From: Octopus sinensis
Taxonomy: Eukaryota
Assembly (NCBI RefSeq): GCF_006345805.1
Contig: NC_043003.1
Coordinates: forward strand, 50,406,001 to 50,470,000
Direction of reading: 5' to 3'
Length of the DNA stretch: 64,000 nt
Within the stretch, counting starts at the first letter, position 1. Every line of letters begins with the position of its first letter. Under the pieces are notes generated by a model. It saw only the letters and a list, made by a program, of their open reading frames with translations, was not told the origin of the DNA and did not search any database. The position numbers and the translations under genes were made by a program. Below, one piece after another: positions 27,042 through 40,949 of this stretch.

Positions 27042-28254
27042 ATATATATATATATATATTATATATATTATATATATATTCAACCGATTACAAAATAAGC
27101 GTGTCATTTGAAGGATTTGTCAAGCGTAATGACATCTATCAATGTCGAAACGGTTGTAGTGCGAACGTCTAAATGTTATGTACACACACATTACATATAT
27201 ATATATATACATTATGTGTGTGTATGTATGTATGTATATATGTATGTACATTTGTGTGTGTATGTATGCGTGTATATATATATTATGAAACAAATGAAAT
27301 CTATGACACGTACAGCTAACATACGAGTGTGAAACAGTAAGTAGGAAATGAACAGAGCTTTCGTATATATTATGACACCGATAATGGGTTACATTTATTT
27401 TACCCTTTTAATTTCCTACGGACTAATAGAAGATAGTTCCTTTGGGACTTCGTTGATAGCAAAATGCAATAAATCTTACACAGCACGCAGTCTGTCAATA
27501 CAATAGAATTCAAATAGTATTATAGCAGATCTTAATTTACAACATTAATCACGATAAAGTTTTATACATGTTTTTTTTTAGAATGGACAAAGGTTAGTAA
27601 ACTATATGCGTTGTAAAGAAACTGCTACGAAAAATGCATTTTTCCGTGTGTTACAAACATCAGTCGAGTAATGTGTACATAAACTGTTCGTGTCGATAGA
27701 ATAATTTGTGTTGTAAAGTCAACTGTGTGCTTTCAGAAAATGGCTAGTCGTAAAGAGAAGAAATTGATAACATACGTGTTTTTATATTAGTAGAAATATT
27801 TCTGTGGAGGCAGAAAAAGCCAACACAAAAAGAACACAAAAAGCCAACACTAACTGATTAAGAAAGAAAAGAGATAAAAAAATAACAGAAAGAGGGAGAC
27901 TAACTGAAAGGAAGCAGCCTAGCTATGGCTGTCGTTGACAGCTAAGCGAGAATGATAATGTCGTGTCCTCTCTTAAATAGCCAAAACTTGGCTCACAGTC
28001 TACAAGTTTCTTTCTAACTGGTTAAAGTTACACACGTGACAACTATAAAGCATGGCCTATGTATAATGCTTCAGTTTCCAAATTGAATAAAGAAATAAAT
28101 GAATAAAATGATATGAAATTAGCTGACAAGCTACTGCTCTTTGATTGGCTGAAAAACACATTGGGCCAAAATTGGAAATAAATAGTTGTTAGCATAAGGT
28201 CGATATCGTGGAAGCTCTCAATACAAAATATATTTTCACATGAACATTTTTTTA

Positions 28255-28640
28255 TCTTTTACTTGTATCAGCATTAGACTGCGACCGTGCTGCAGCACTG
28301 TCTTGAAGGCTTTTTAGTCGGATTAATCGACCCCGGTACTTTTTTTAAGACTGGTACATATTCTATCGAAATCTTTTGTCGTATCGCTAACTTACGAAGA
28401 CATAAACACACCAACACCGGTTATCAAGTGGTGGTGGAGGACAGACACAGACTCAAAGACACACACACATAAGTATTTGTATAAACGACGGGTTTCTTTC
28501 AGTTACCATCCATCAAACCATTCGCAAGACTCTGGTCGGCCCGAGGCTATAGCAGAAGTCACTTGCCCAAGATGCCACTCTGTGGGACTCAACCCGGAAC
28601 TATGCAGTTGGGGGTCAAGCTTCTTCCCACATGGTAACGC
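28255..28640 (-). mobile_element. SINE family A, diverged
   Basis: Reverse-complement match to the family A tail, body and head. Confidence 0.8.
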
Positions 28641-28779
28641 CAGCGCTTATATATATGTTCTGAATAATAACGTCAAACGGAATAAAATAACTGAAATAGA
28701 AGGAAATCCTAAGAATTTGAAAGTCACCGAAAGGGAGACAACCCAATTTAACATAGTTTATTCTTTTATTCTTTTATTT

Positions 28780-28981
28780 GTTGCCGTCATGCAGTCATGC
28801 TGACTGCGGCCATGCTGGAGCACCGCCTTTAGTCGAAGAAATCGGCCCCAGGACTTACTATTTTAAAGTCTAGTACTTTTTGCATCGGTCCTTTTTGCCG
28901 AACCGCTGGGGCACGGTGACGTAAACACACCAACATCGATTGTCAAGTGACGGTGGGAAGACAGACACAAACACACACATT

Positions 28982-29025
<44 letters not shown>

Positions 29026-29280
29026 ATGTATGTATATATATATACATACATACATACACATACACACACATACATATACACACACACACACACTCCACAT
29101 ACATACAACATACATACATATATGACAGGCTACTTTCGGTTTCCGTCTACCAAATCCACTCACAAGGTTTTGGTCGGCCTGAGGCAATAGTAGAAGACAT
29201 ATGCTCAAGGTGCCATGCAGTGGGACTGAACCCGGAACCATGTGGTTGGTAATCAAGCTACTTACCACACAGCCACTCCT
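28780..29280 (-). mobile_element. SINE family A, full length
   Basis: Head reverse complement ends at cacacagccactcct (29280). Confidence 0.88.
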
Positions 29281-29599
29281 AGAATCGAATAAAAATTCAA
29301 CTGGAAATAGAGCAAATATAACGTCATATGAAAGCGTAAATAGTAATAAAGGTCTTAGTAAAAATGAATTTAATTTTACCATGAATGATCAAATTAATAC
29401 AAAATAAGGTCGATATCGTGGAAGCTCTCAATACAAAATATATTTTCACATGAACATTTTTTTATCTTTTACTTGTAGCATTAGACTGCGACCGTGCTTC
29501 AGCACTGTCTTGAAATATAAAATATCTCTGAAATATATCTGAAATATATAAAATATCTCTGAAATATATCTGAAAGAAATATAAAATATCTCTGCAATT

Positions 29600-29930
29600 G
29601 TTCCTTTTATGTAAATAATAAATGTAAGACTAAAAATATAATTTCATGAATACTTTTGAGAGTGGCTAATCACTTAAGTTCATTTAGAAATAAAAAATAA
29701 AAGATTCCAAACAAGCCTAATTAAGTCAATCTGGTTTATTAAAGACAGAAACAAAGACTATGTTATCAATTGGGAATTAATTAGTACTGGAAGACCATAC
29801 AGACCAGGAACTAAAGAATGTAACTTGTGTTTAGAAGAATTTTACCAAATGTTTACATCTAAGGGTAATATAATAAATTTATGATAGGAACAAACTTTAT
29901 AATGCTTGCATATGAGGAAATTTACCTTTG
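29600..29930 (+). pseudogene. Penelope-like element GIY-YIG endonuclease C-terminal fragment
   Basis: Reads NHLSSFRNKK*KIPTSLIKSIWFIKDRNKDYVINWELISTGRPYRPGTKECNLCLEE, matching the TxLSxYIWxLK...W.I...Y...CNLC pattern of PLE endonucleases. Confidence 0.75.
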
Positions 29931-30433
29931 CTCAATATAAATGCCCCAGCATGGCCACAGCTCATAAGCTGAAACTAGAATCAATCAATCAATCAAAATG
30001 AGTAATAAACATTTAAATGAGTAATAACAGAATGTTTTGAAATAGTGGGCTATAAGCGATTATCCAAACAAAACTTGAATTGAAGGTAGTTTGCATCTAC
30101 ATTGAGGAACAATTTCACATAATACAAAACAGATTAGATAAACAAAAAACTTTAAAGAGTTAAATCAAAGGATATTAAAGTAAAACCACAAAAGAAATTG
30201 CACCGGTATTATAAGGGTCGTGATTGCAACGGTTACTAATCGATGTAGTAAACATGTGTAGGTCAATCTGAAGCTGTGTGTGTGTATCACACACACACCA
30301 CACACACAATATATCTATATATATATTATATATATATATATATATATTAATAATAATAATAAATATTAGGGAATAAATCCAAATTTACAGGGAAAAATCA
30401 GATTTAGATTAAATCGATTTTATAGTAAAATAT

Positions 30434-30599
30434 TATAAAATATTATTCGAGACAAAACCACTATTTAAAACAAACAAGGAAAGACTTAATCAATACATAA
30501 ATTTTAATAAATAGACTATTTATTAAAATTTATGTATTGATTAAGTCTTTCCTTGTTTGTTTTGCAAAATAGTGGTTTTGTCTCGAATAATATTTTATA
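30434..30599. repeat. Near-perfect palindrome, about 80-bp arms, 1-nt loop
   Basis: Centre aataaatag-a-ctatttatt at 30515. The right arm has a small insertion. Confidence 0.93.
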
Positions 30600-31039
30600 T
30601 AAATATATATATAATAGAATAGGTTTCAAAGACAAAAGACTACACGTGGTATAAATAGGGGAAAAGTAAAAAGAAAAAGAGAAAATACACATTCGATATA
30701 AAAAAACTAAAGGCATTTTTATGAAACGTAAATATATATATATATATATATACAATTAGATGAACTGAGGTGAAATTAAGAGGTATAACAGTCATTATTA
30801 TAAATAATTAAAGACATTCAAAGTCATACCGGTATCTTCAAAAACTGTTCACTGAATTTGAATGAACACCGATTTCCAAACGGTGTCGGGTCTAATAGTA
30901 CCTGAGTGAAAATGTTACATGCAAGGGAAGTAAGCAGTTCTGGAAGTGATGCAATTAAGGTAGATATAAATACTGGAATATGAATGGTGTATGGGATGTA
31001 TGGAAATTAGTGGTATTATGGGTAAGGTTAGCCATGTCC

Positions 31040-31306
31040 TGTATAAGTTGTGTGTTCATGTTGAGTTGTGGATGATATTTGTTAATGAAAGTTGCCTCTT
31101 TATTTATTCTTTGCTGTACTGAGGTGTTCTGTGAACATTGACGGAAAGAGAAAATTTGGAAGTTCGATTTAAGGTTCCTAGTACATCTTTTCTATGTGTT
31201 CACTGACTTGTATCTGTCTGTATTGTGGGTAGCGGATTTGTTCTTTGTGAAGAGTTGTTCTTCGTCGGAGTGACATTCACGATTGACCTATATAGTGATT
31301 TCCGCA
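31040..31306 (-). pseudogene. Penelope-like element GIY-YIG fragment (second family)
   Basis: Reads CGNHYIGQS*MSLRRRTTLHKEQIRYPQYRQIQVSEHI...EATFINKYHPQLN. Confidence 0.8.
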
Positions 31307-31419
31307 CCTTAAGCAGGTAATATCATACATTAGGTTTCCCAAGACACAGGTGAGATTTGATTTTATTTGAAATATTTCACCTTTTTGAAGTGGAACTCTG
31401 TACCTTCCATCCACAGCTC

Positions 31420-31600
31420 AACACGAACATACGTTAGTACACTCAACGAAATGCTTAGCAGTATTTCGCCCGTCTTTGCATTTTGAATTCAAATTCGAGG
31501 TCAACTTTTGCTTTTCATCATTTCGGGGTAAGTGCCAGTGAAACTTGAAATCGACTAGTTCCCTCCCCAAAATTTCTGGCCTTGTGCTTTTAGTAGAAAG
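31420..31600 (+). mobile_element. SINE family B, diverged
   Basis: gaaatgcttagcagtatttcg...ccccaaaatttctggccttgtgc. Confidence 0.7.
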
Positions 31601-31601
31601 G

Positions 31602-31659
<58 letters not shown>

Positions 31660-31663
<4 letters not shown>

Positions 31664-31820
31664 AGATGGACTTCTTTCAGTTTCCATCAACTGAATCCAC
31701 TCACAAGGCTTTGGTCGCCTCAAACTAGAATAGAAGACACTTTCCCACGTTGACACGCAATGGGACTGAACCCGGAACCATGTGACTGGGAATCAAGTTT
31801 CTTCCACACAGCTATGTCTG
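31660..31820 (-). mobile_element. SINE family A head fragment
   Basis: cttctttcagtttcc...gggactgaacccggaaccatgtg. Confidence 0.75.
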
Positions 31821-32309
31821 CTATGCTAAAGGTTTATATATATATATATATGCACTCATTTATGCCTGGAAGATAGAATATAGACTGTTTTATACACAGA
31901 CTCACACACACCAATATATATATATATATATTATATATATATATATGAAAGTAAGGTAAGCATAGTATAGATGCCATTGGTTAGAGCTCAACTGGATGGA
32001 AAGTTCAACTCCAATGTCCAACCAGTGCATAACATACAAAATACAGATAGCAGAATAAAGAAAACAGAAAAGGAAACACAGCAGAAGAATTATATAAAGT
32101 CTTATCTCGACAGCTGTTTCACCTTACGATGAATAAAAGTATAGATTACGATGGAATATTTGAGAGGTCACAGACATGCATAGGGATTGTCGTGGTAGTT
32201 GTGGTGGTGGAAGAGATGGTGATAGTGGTGATTGTACTCACGATTTTCTTCAGACATTAAATTGATTGCTATTGTCTAGATATTTCCAGCTAAAAAGTTC
32301 AGAAGTTAG

Positions 32310-32351
<42 letters not shown>

Positions 32352-32761
32352 CATGCACAAGTACCACCCCCCAAATTCCCATACTACAATTGGCTAAAAT
32401 TCCGTGAACCTTTAGTTAGTCTAGTATATAGATATATAATATATATATATATATATTATTGATAAAACGGTAAGATAACAAAAGAAAGAAAGAGACCTCA
32501 ATATTATGTAAATAGAGGAAATTTATCATATTGTATATATATATATAGATATATATATATATATTATATTGAGGGTACTACTATTCGTAGATACCAACAC
32601 GCTAAGAGGGACCAATGCGGTCAAAACTTACTAAAAATAAACAAATTTTACCGAATGCAAACTTCAAAACCATCACTTTAAAAAAAAGAATTCAGTTACA
32701 TATCACATGTGATTTCGCATTTAATGCAGAATATGCATTTCATGTTCGTCAGTGCAACAAA

Positions 32762-32853
<92 letters not shown>

Positions 32854-34304
32854 TCAAAGAGTTTGATTTAAATAAGTTGGTAGTCTTGAATTTCAAGCGT
32901 GATGCTCAAAATGGCTGACGACTAGCATCGCGCTTGAAACTCAATAATACAAACGAATTTGAATCAAAATTTGAATCAAACTGTTTTGATCGATACAGGT
33001 AACTCCCATTAAATTGGTTGTGTGCTTTTCTTTCGTTTTTCCATTCACTCATATATATATATACACCCGTGCGCCCCCCCCCCACACATACACATTTGTA
33101 ATGAATTCTGTAATGGGTTTTACATTAAATATCAATTGCCATTGATTTCATGCTGTCGAGTTGGCTGGCAATTGTCAACCACAAACATAAAGGCTGCATG
33201 ATACGAAGTTCCAGGAAATTGGATTTCATCTGTCTCGGTAGATATAATATTTACAAGTTTGAATAATGCTGTAATCCGTAGATAGAAAAACTGATTTTAT
33301 TTCAGGAGTTTTAAATACTATTCTGCTGGTGACTGCGTTTTGTAACCCTTTAGCATTAAACGAAATCGAAAACATGATTTATAATAAACATAAAATTTAT
33401 ATAATCCTCAAGACAACTGACTGAAAATAAATGTTTGAAGTTATTACGTACACATATATGCGTGTGAATTTGTGTGGGTATGTATGTGTGTAGGTTTCTT
33501 ACTGCTCGTGTTTTTTTTTGTGTGTTTGAGTGTGTGTGTGTGTAAGATATATTTTTGGGAACGAACAGTTTAATGGGCAGCTATTGCTTTTTCGATCACT
33601 GGTGTTGTTTCGGTAGGGGTTTTAAGATATCATTTCTTGCACATAAGCAAGCTTTAACTGAAGCATAACCGTATAATATATTGTCTAATGTATATATATA
33701 AGCAGTAATATAATTGTATGATACAGGTACTGTTATCCGTTCCGAGTGCAAGCCCAACGTAATGCAATTTTCTCAAATAGGGAAATAACGATGTCATTTG
33801 GTGTTTAAAGATTTGTTAAAATATTATCAGTGTTTTTCAATTACAGCAGAATAATATTAAAGCTTACATCTACGATTATGCTCTATAGTTAAGATTACTT
33901 AACGCGTTAACATTGTTATTCATTCAACACATTTCAATACCTTTACATCATATTCAAAATGAAAGATAAAGGGTGGCGAATGACTATTTCTTTGTAGACA
34001 ATTAAGTTCTATATAGCTCTTTCTTGACTGCGTTAACTTAATTTAAAGCTTAAAGTTATATGTAACAAGTCTTGATATAGAAGAGGTGACTGGTCTATAA
34101 CTAAGAATATTGTTTTCAAAGATGTTCTCTGTTAAAATAACCTGTGTCAACTTTACGTTATCTCAAGGACCAAGCATTTTAGAAAAATAATTTCAAAAGA
34201 ATTTATGTATTTTATATCCCTCTATAAGCTTCCAGCAATTAAGTTTTTCAATCAGGCCTGGAATTTCCATGGACATGCCTAGTTTTGTGCTGTACCTGCT
34301 TTGG

Positions 34305-34404
34305 NNNNNNNNNNNNNNNNNNNNNNNNNNNNNNNNNNNNNNNNNNNNNNNNNNNNNNNNNNNNNNNNNNNNNNNNNNNNNNNNNNNNNNNNNNNNNNNN
34401 NNNN
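34305..34404. other. Assembly gap (100 N)
   Basis: Run of 100 N. Confidence 1.
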
Positions 34405-35255
34405 TTGTCCATTGTTTATCCTCTCCATTTTCTTATTTGCCTTATAAATCCTGGGTAAATTTCTGTTTGCCCCCCCCCCATACCTAGTATTAAACTGCGC
34501 TATTGCCCTGCAATAGTAAACAATTGGATGTAAATAGGTAGATATATATACCCAGTAGTATACTGGATATTTACTATCCTTAGATTGTTGCTTAACATCT
34601 AACTCAAACAGACATATATATATGTATATATATATATAAACTTTCTTTCAGCTTCGTGCTTCAACAAGTATAGATCGACTTCTCTGTCCTTCGCAAGCCG
34701 ATTTTTCACATGCGTTCTAACTAATTTTTCCACCGTCTAGGCAAAAAAGCCCTTATTGTTGGTTCCCTGTCCTGTTTCTTTCTTTGTACTGTTTTTTCTA
34801 CTGTTTTTTCTACTGCTTTTTCTTCATTAGTATTGCTTTTACGTCCTGTTCTTGTCACTTGTTTTATCCCTCTGCAAAAGAATTTTATTTAATTCCTTTT
34901 GCAGGAAGGATTTATTCGGGCTGGCCGTGTTCCGCCCTTACCTTCGAAACACGCATTGTTTGTCCTGTACTCTGTTTTTTCGTTGTTTAAAAAATGTCCG
35001 TTTCCTTGTTTTTTCGTTGTTAAAAAAAGTCCGTTTCCTTGTTTGATTTTATGTTTTCGTCTCTAGTTGTGTTCTACGTTTATTTGTGGTGTCCTGTACT
35101 CATATATATACATATATGCATGTATATATACATGTAAATGTAAGTATGTACATATATGTATGTATATATGCATATATTTTATTTATTTATTATATTATTA
35201 TATGACCGAACGCACGCGTTATTTCTCTTCTCCAAGTAAGTTTTTATATATATAT

Positions 35256-36459
35256 ATATCTCATAAGTTCTGTCCGATTTTACCTTTTTCTAAAATTGAA
35301 TGATATTCAATAGTATTTTAGAATGTCTAATGGAATCAAAAATTATTTTTATGCATTTGTGTACATTTAAACTAATTAAATATTATTTTACAGAATAATA
35401 GTATTAAAATTTCTTTGATTAAAACCCTTTCTAACATGGAAGTATCCAAAGAGCATTTAAGACACATAATGCTTTATGAGTAGAAAAAGGAAAATCTGCT
35501 GCCGAAGCGACTTGAAACATACACTCAATTTATGGGAAAGAATCCTTGAATGAAAGAACTTGCAGAAGATGTTTTGCAAAATTCAGAAGTGGAGATTTCA
35601 GCCTTGAAGATGAAGATCGAACAGAACTTCCAGTTAGCATTACTTGAAGAAAATCCTGCATTATCAGTCGAAGAATTGTCAATAAAGCTTACTTCAAACC
35701 ATACAACTGTTCATCGTCATCTTCAACAACTTGTAAAGGTTCCTCAACTTGGAAAATGGGTGTCTCATGAATTGTCCGAAAGCAACAATCCCGAGTTGAC
35801 ATCTGCTCTTCTCTCCATTCTCGCGAACTCATTTCACCCTTTTGGGATAGACTTGTGGTCTGGTGACGAAAAATGGATCTTCTATCGAAATGTTAAATGT
35901 CGTAAATAATGGCTTGGTAACAGGGAAAAAACTCAATCACAACCGAGAAGGGAACTTCATGAAAAAAAGGTTCTTGTCTCTATCTGGTGGGATTGCAAAG
36001 GAGTAATTCACTTTGAGTTGTTACCACCTAATACAACAATCAATGCCCAAGTCAGCAATTAGAGCGTTTGAACCAATGTTTGAAGAAAAAAAGGCCCGCT
36101 TTAGTAAATCGAAAAGGAGAGATGTTTCATCAGGACAATGCGCGACCCCACACTGCAAAGATCACATCACAGGAGATCGAAGAGCTTGGCTGGAGAAAAT
36201 TCCTCATCCACCTTATTCTCCCGACCTTGCTCCTTTAGACTACCATTTTTTCGTAGTTTACAGAATCATTTGGGGGACATAACTTTCGCAAGCCAGGAGG
36301 AGGTCGAAACTGACATTTCAGAGATTAAAAAGCTTGTAAATAGATGGAAGGAAGTCATAGATAAATAGGGAAAGTACATTGGTGATTAAATTTCAATTAA
36401 ATATAATATTTGATTACTTGTTTTCTTTATTCAAAATTCGGACAGCGTTTATGTGATAT
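35256..36459 (+). mobile_element. Full-length degenerate mariner (DD34D)
   Basis: TIRs tatctcataagttctgtccgatt / aattcggacagcgtttatgtgata. Transposase from about 35437 (MEVSKEHLRHIMLYE) with KWVSHEL, GDEKWIFY, QDNARPH and HPPYSPDLAPLDYHFF, frameshifted. Confidence 0.93.
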
Positions 36460-36579
36460 CAAAAGTATCTAAACAACCTTCACAATACTGTTTTATCTGG
36501 GTAGACACTATGTGGTACTTCAAAACTTGTTAATCTATTATCACTTTTCATTTCAGACTACAGTTTATTAATTATGTAT

Positions 36580-36985
36580 TGCAGCCAATCATGCTACGAA
36601 CATCAGAAGCAAATGAGTTGTCTGATTTCAAAGAGGGCGTGTTTTGAGTAAATCTAGTGGTAGACATAGCCAGCTGCATAAAACATTGGGATTCCTCTTA
36701 CCACAATCAACGGAATGATTTTACAATTGACCTACAAAAGAAAAGAATCGGCAGCACACCGTGAAGGTCGACCTGGGCACTTTAACAGGTGTTTTCGGGT
36801 TGTCAAGCGGATTGATGAAAACAATCTCCGTTGTAAGGCAGCTAAGGTTACAGAGCAATTCCAGACGAATCTCAGAGTATTTCTGTAAGGTATCTCCACC
36901 GACTTGGCAACTATGATATGAGCAGCAGCAAGAAGGAAGCCTCTCCTTCGACCAGTAAGCACCCGATGAAAGGAACAGCAACGTC
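36580..36985 (+). mobile_element. Tc1-like transposase N-terminal fragment
   Basis: Pieces ELSDFKEG, GRP, VVKRIDENNLRCKAAKVTEQF and AARRKPLL across several frames. Confidence 0.5.
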
Positions 36986-37253
36986 TTTCAGAAATGATGA
37001 TGTCTATTTATTTTAAAGACGTCAGTTTATATGTGTGTAACCCTATGTATGCGCTCGACTGTGTTAACACATATTTGCATAATTTACATCAGATATAATT
37101 ACACAGACACATAAACACACACACACACACACACCTTCGCAATGCGTTGCAAATCCACTTGCTGCGCACGCGCCTCTTCATCTATTTAAGACCACCAATA
37201 ATATGCGTGTAATACATACATACATACATATATAACATATATATATATATATA

Positions 37254-37289
<36 letters not shown>

Positions 37290-37339
37290 ATAGTATATAT
37301 ATATATATATATATATATACATACACACACGCACACACA

Positions 37340-37382
<43 letters not shown>

Positions 37383-37470
37383 ACTGTGTGTTTAATGCAA
37401 GCAGATGCAGATATATCCTTTTTTCTCAATCTCGTTAAATCTCCCTTCTCTTAACCTATGTTCAAACTTT

Positions 37471-37503
<33 letters not shown>

Positions 37504-38392
37504 GTGAATGTGTATGTGTGTGTTTGGATGTATATGGATATGGGTTTACATGTCTGTGTGTGTAAGTATATATGTATATATATATATATATGTGTGTGGT
37601 GTGTGTGTCTGTGAGTGTGTGTGTGCATGCACGTGTATGTGTGCTTGTGCGTGAGTGTTTGTATGAGTGCGCGCGTGTTTTTGTGTGTGTGAATGTGTTT
37701 GTGCGTATTTGTATGCATATGTACATGGACTTACGTGTCTCTGCGTGTGTAAGTATATATGTGTAAGCATATATGCGTATGTATATAAGCGTGTGTAATC
37801 ATGTATGCGTGTGCGTGTGCGTATGTAATGCGTAATCTTAAATGTGTTTTTGCAATTATGTATATATCTTTCATACTTCTTATCACAGATGTATATGTGT
37901 GCGCACGCGCACCTGCATAAGTACGAACACGGACGTGTGCGTCTTTGCGAGCTTCACACAAGAGTTCCTTAGCGCTCATCAGTAAAAATTATTCAAGGAA
38001 ACTTCATGTTTTGTTGAACACATTATATTCACTCTAAGTGTGATTGTTTGTTTACAAATTTATATTTTGTCTATATTTTAATAGTTATTTCTATTTTAGT
38101 GTTCATCTAGTTTCTTTCTTTCTTTTTTTTTTTTTGTTTGTTTATATACAAACTTCTTTCATTCGTTTATATCTTGAGAAAAGAGAAAGTTGGAAAACAG
38201 AAAGCTACAGTACAACGTGTAACAATAAGAAAAGTCAAGACGCCTTCTTCAGAATTTCAATAGAACTCACTGTCTTCTTTCAGTGTTAATATTGTTGTCT
38301 TGTAAATTTATTTAGTACTTTATGTATGTACGTATGTATGTATGTATGTATGTATGTATGTATGTATGTATGTATGTATGTATGTATGTATG

Positions 38393-38425
<33 letters not shown>

Positions 38426-38457
38426 TATATATATATTATATATATATATAATATATA

Positions 38458-38490
<33 letters not shown>

Positions 38491-38561
38491 ACGCCCTGTA
38501 CCCATATATGCATATGTATATACATTATATGAAAGTATGTAACATATATGTTGCATATATG

Positions 38562-38596
<35 letters not shown>

Positions 38597-39492
38597 TATA
38601 TATATTATATATATATATAATAATATATATGTATGTTTGTGTGTATGTAATATATATATTATATATATATTTCTTATATCATTATATGATTGAACACCAC
38701 GCATCCATTTCCAAGTATACTGTATTATATATATATATATAATATATGTAATTATGTACGTATGTATGTATATAAATTGTATATATATTGAGAGGTAGAA
38801 ATATAATATATACATACATGCATAAAATACACATGACAGCATACATATATGCATATGTATGTGTGTGTGTGCGAGTGTATGGAGGTGCGTATTTGTGCAT
38901 GTGTTTGTTTATTTGTGTGTGTGTGTATGTGTGTCTGTGTGGTGTGTGTGTGTGTGTATGTGTACACATTTTCACATACATCTGCATGTTAATTTTATTT
39001 ATATTTTCATCATATTCGTTGCATGTATATAAAATCTCACACTTTGCGTCTCTCTTAGTATCTCGATTCCCCTCATTCATCGGCCTGGTGACAAATAAAA
39101 AAAGTTATCATAATTATTAACAATACCATCATCATCATCATAATCCTCCTCCTCCTCCTCCTCCTCCTCCTCCTCCTCCTCCTCATCATCATCGTCATCA
39201 TCTTTGTCTTTGTGATGCTTTTTTTAAAGAGTTTTATGAAAGTTTGCTTCAGCGTCACCAGGTGCACCAGCGTGTTCCTGAGATATATATATATGTGTGT
39301 ACATGTGCAAGTGTGCAGCATTGTCTTTGGGGATGCAGGATTCTATTTCACTTCTGCATCGGTTTTGCTTTGTTTGTGGGACGTCTTTTTTTCGTTTGTG
39401 GTTTTTTTCAAGTGTTATTTCAATATTTCGTCTGTTGTTACGTAGAGTATGTGTAATAATGTGAGTTTCGGTATTTTGTTCAAATGTCTTGT

Positions 39493-39532
<40 letters not shown>

Positions 39533-40470
39533 TGTGTGTGTGCATTTTTGCGTATGTGTGCGTGTGTGTGTTTGCGTATGTGTATGTATGCGTGTGTGTG
39601 TGTGTGTGTTTTTATGTGTGTGTGTGTTCGCATGTGCGCGTGTGTATGCGTGTTTGGCTGTGTGTGTGTTCGCGTATGTGTATGTGTGCGTTGTGTGTGT
39701 GTGTGTTTGGCTGTGTCTGTGTGTAATGTACGAATGTGTGTTTGTGTGTGTTTGTATGTGTACGTGTTTGACTGTGTCTGTGTGTAATGTACGTATGTGT
39801 GTATGTACGTATGTGTGTATGTGCGTGTGTGCGTGTGTGCGTGTGTGCGTGTGTGTGTGTGCGTGCGTTCGTGTGTGTGTGTGTGTGTGTGTGTGTTTCA
39901 TGAATCTTTGCCTCGTAAATTGTGCTACGTATCTTAGTGTTGTTCGGTGGGAGCTCAGAGTAGTGCTGCGTGGGCTGTGATATAACAATTTTGGAGGATG
40001 TGAGTTTTGGGAGGCAGACATAATACGTAGCACACTTTCAAACCACCACCCGCCCTTAAGGTGCCTCTAGCGAAGTCCACTGAGTCACAAGACCCGTGTT
40101 CCGGTTTGAGAATATCTTCCTCCCTCTTACTAACTTACCTCAGAACTCCAATACCTTGGTCGGTTATGAGCAGTTCCTTTCCTCCTGATTGCAAGATAAA
40201 AATAAGCACGTAAGCTATTAGTGTTATAGTATCTGATATCGGTGTGTATATGTTGCATTCTCTTAATGCACGATAATTTTTTCACTTTGTCGTTTAGTTA
40301 GGAGCCAAAGCAGTCTCCATGCGCCGTCTCAGGGCCTCTGAAACCGATCGGAAGAAGGCATCCAGAAACTGGAAATCGGACATCTAGCCCGAATGTTTGC
40401 GACAAAATGGAGTCTGCCTGAGGCATCTAATGCACCAAGTGGTAACGTTAAACCTAGTGACAGGTTCAGT

Positions 40471-40573
40471 TTACCACCCAAGGTTAAGTGCATCACCCAA
40501 AGTTAAACGTACCACCTAAGATTAATTGTACCGCCCAAGGATAAGTGTACCACCCAAAGTTAACTATACCACC
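40471..40573 (+). repeat. 19-bp tandem repeat, 5+ copies
   Basis: Units start at 40471, 40490, 40509, 40528 and 40547. Consensus gtaccacccaa[g/a]gttaa. Confidence 0.9.
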
Positions 40574-40949
40574 GTTGCTTAATTCTGAATTGTTTTACGG
40601 TTGTTTCTAGAGAGTATTTCCTTGTATAATTAGAACATATGCTTTATGTTATTTTAATAAGTGATAATTGCGTAGAGTTCGTGTTATGTGGGTTGTGTTG
40701 TAGTGCTTGGCGGAACTTCTAAAGAGTGTATTTTGCAAGATGTATTATAATTTCGGGTTGACATTGCATTGGGTATATGTTTATTGCAGAATCAGTACAC
40801 GTTTGAGATGTGTTAATGACTCTCGTAGGATGCGTACCGTGACTTACAGTGTAAAATTGAGAGTGCAGGTTTTGTTATTATTTCTATCAAACGCTATAAC
40901 CCACTTAGTTTTGAAACTGTTTTCGTTTTCATTGCTTATTTTCATTCTA

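Noticed and set aside
34269-34487. ORF spanning X residues
   Set aside because: Artefact of the 100-N gap.
39224-40033. Longest ORF in the track (269 aa, minus strand) and the many YI/HT/CV/MYVC ORFs
   Set aside because: They are translations of (CA)n, (TA)n, (TATG)n and (TATC)n tracts, which lack stops in some frames.
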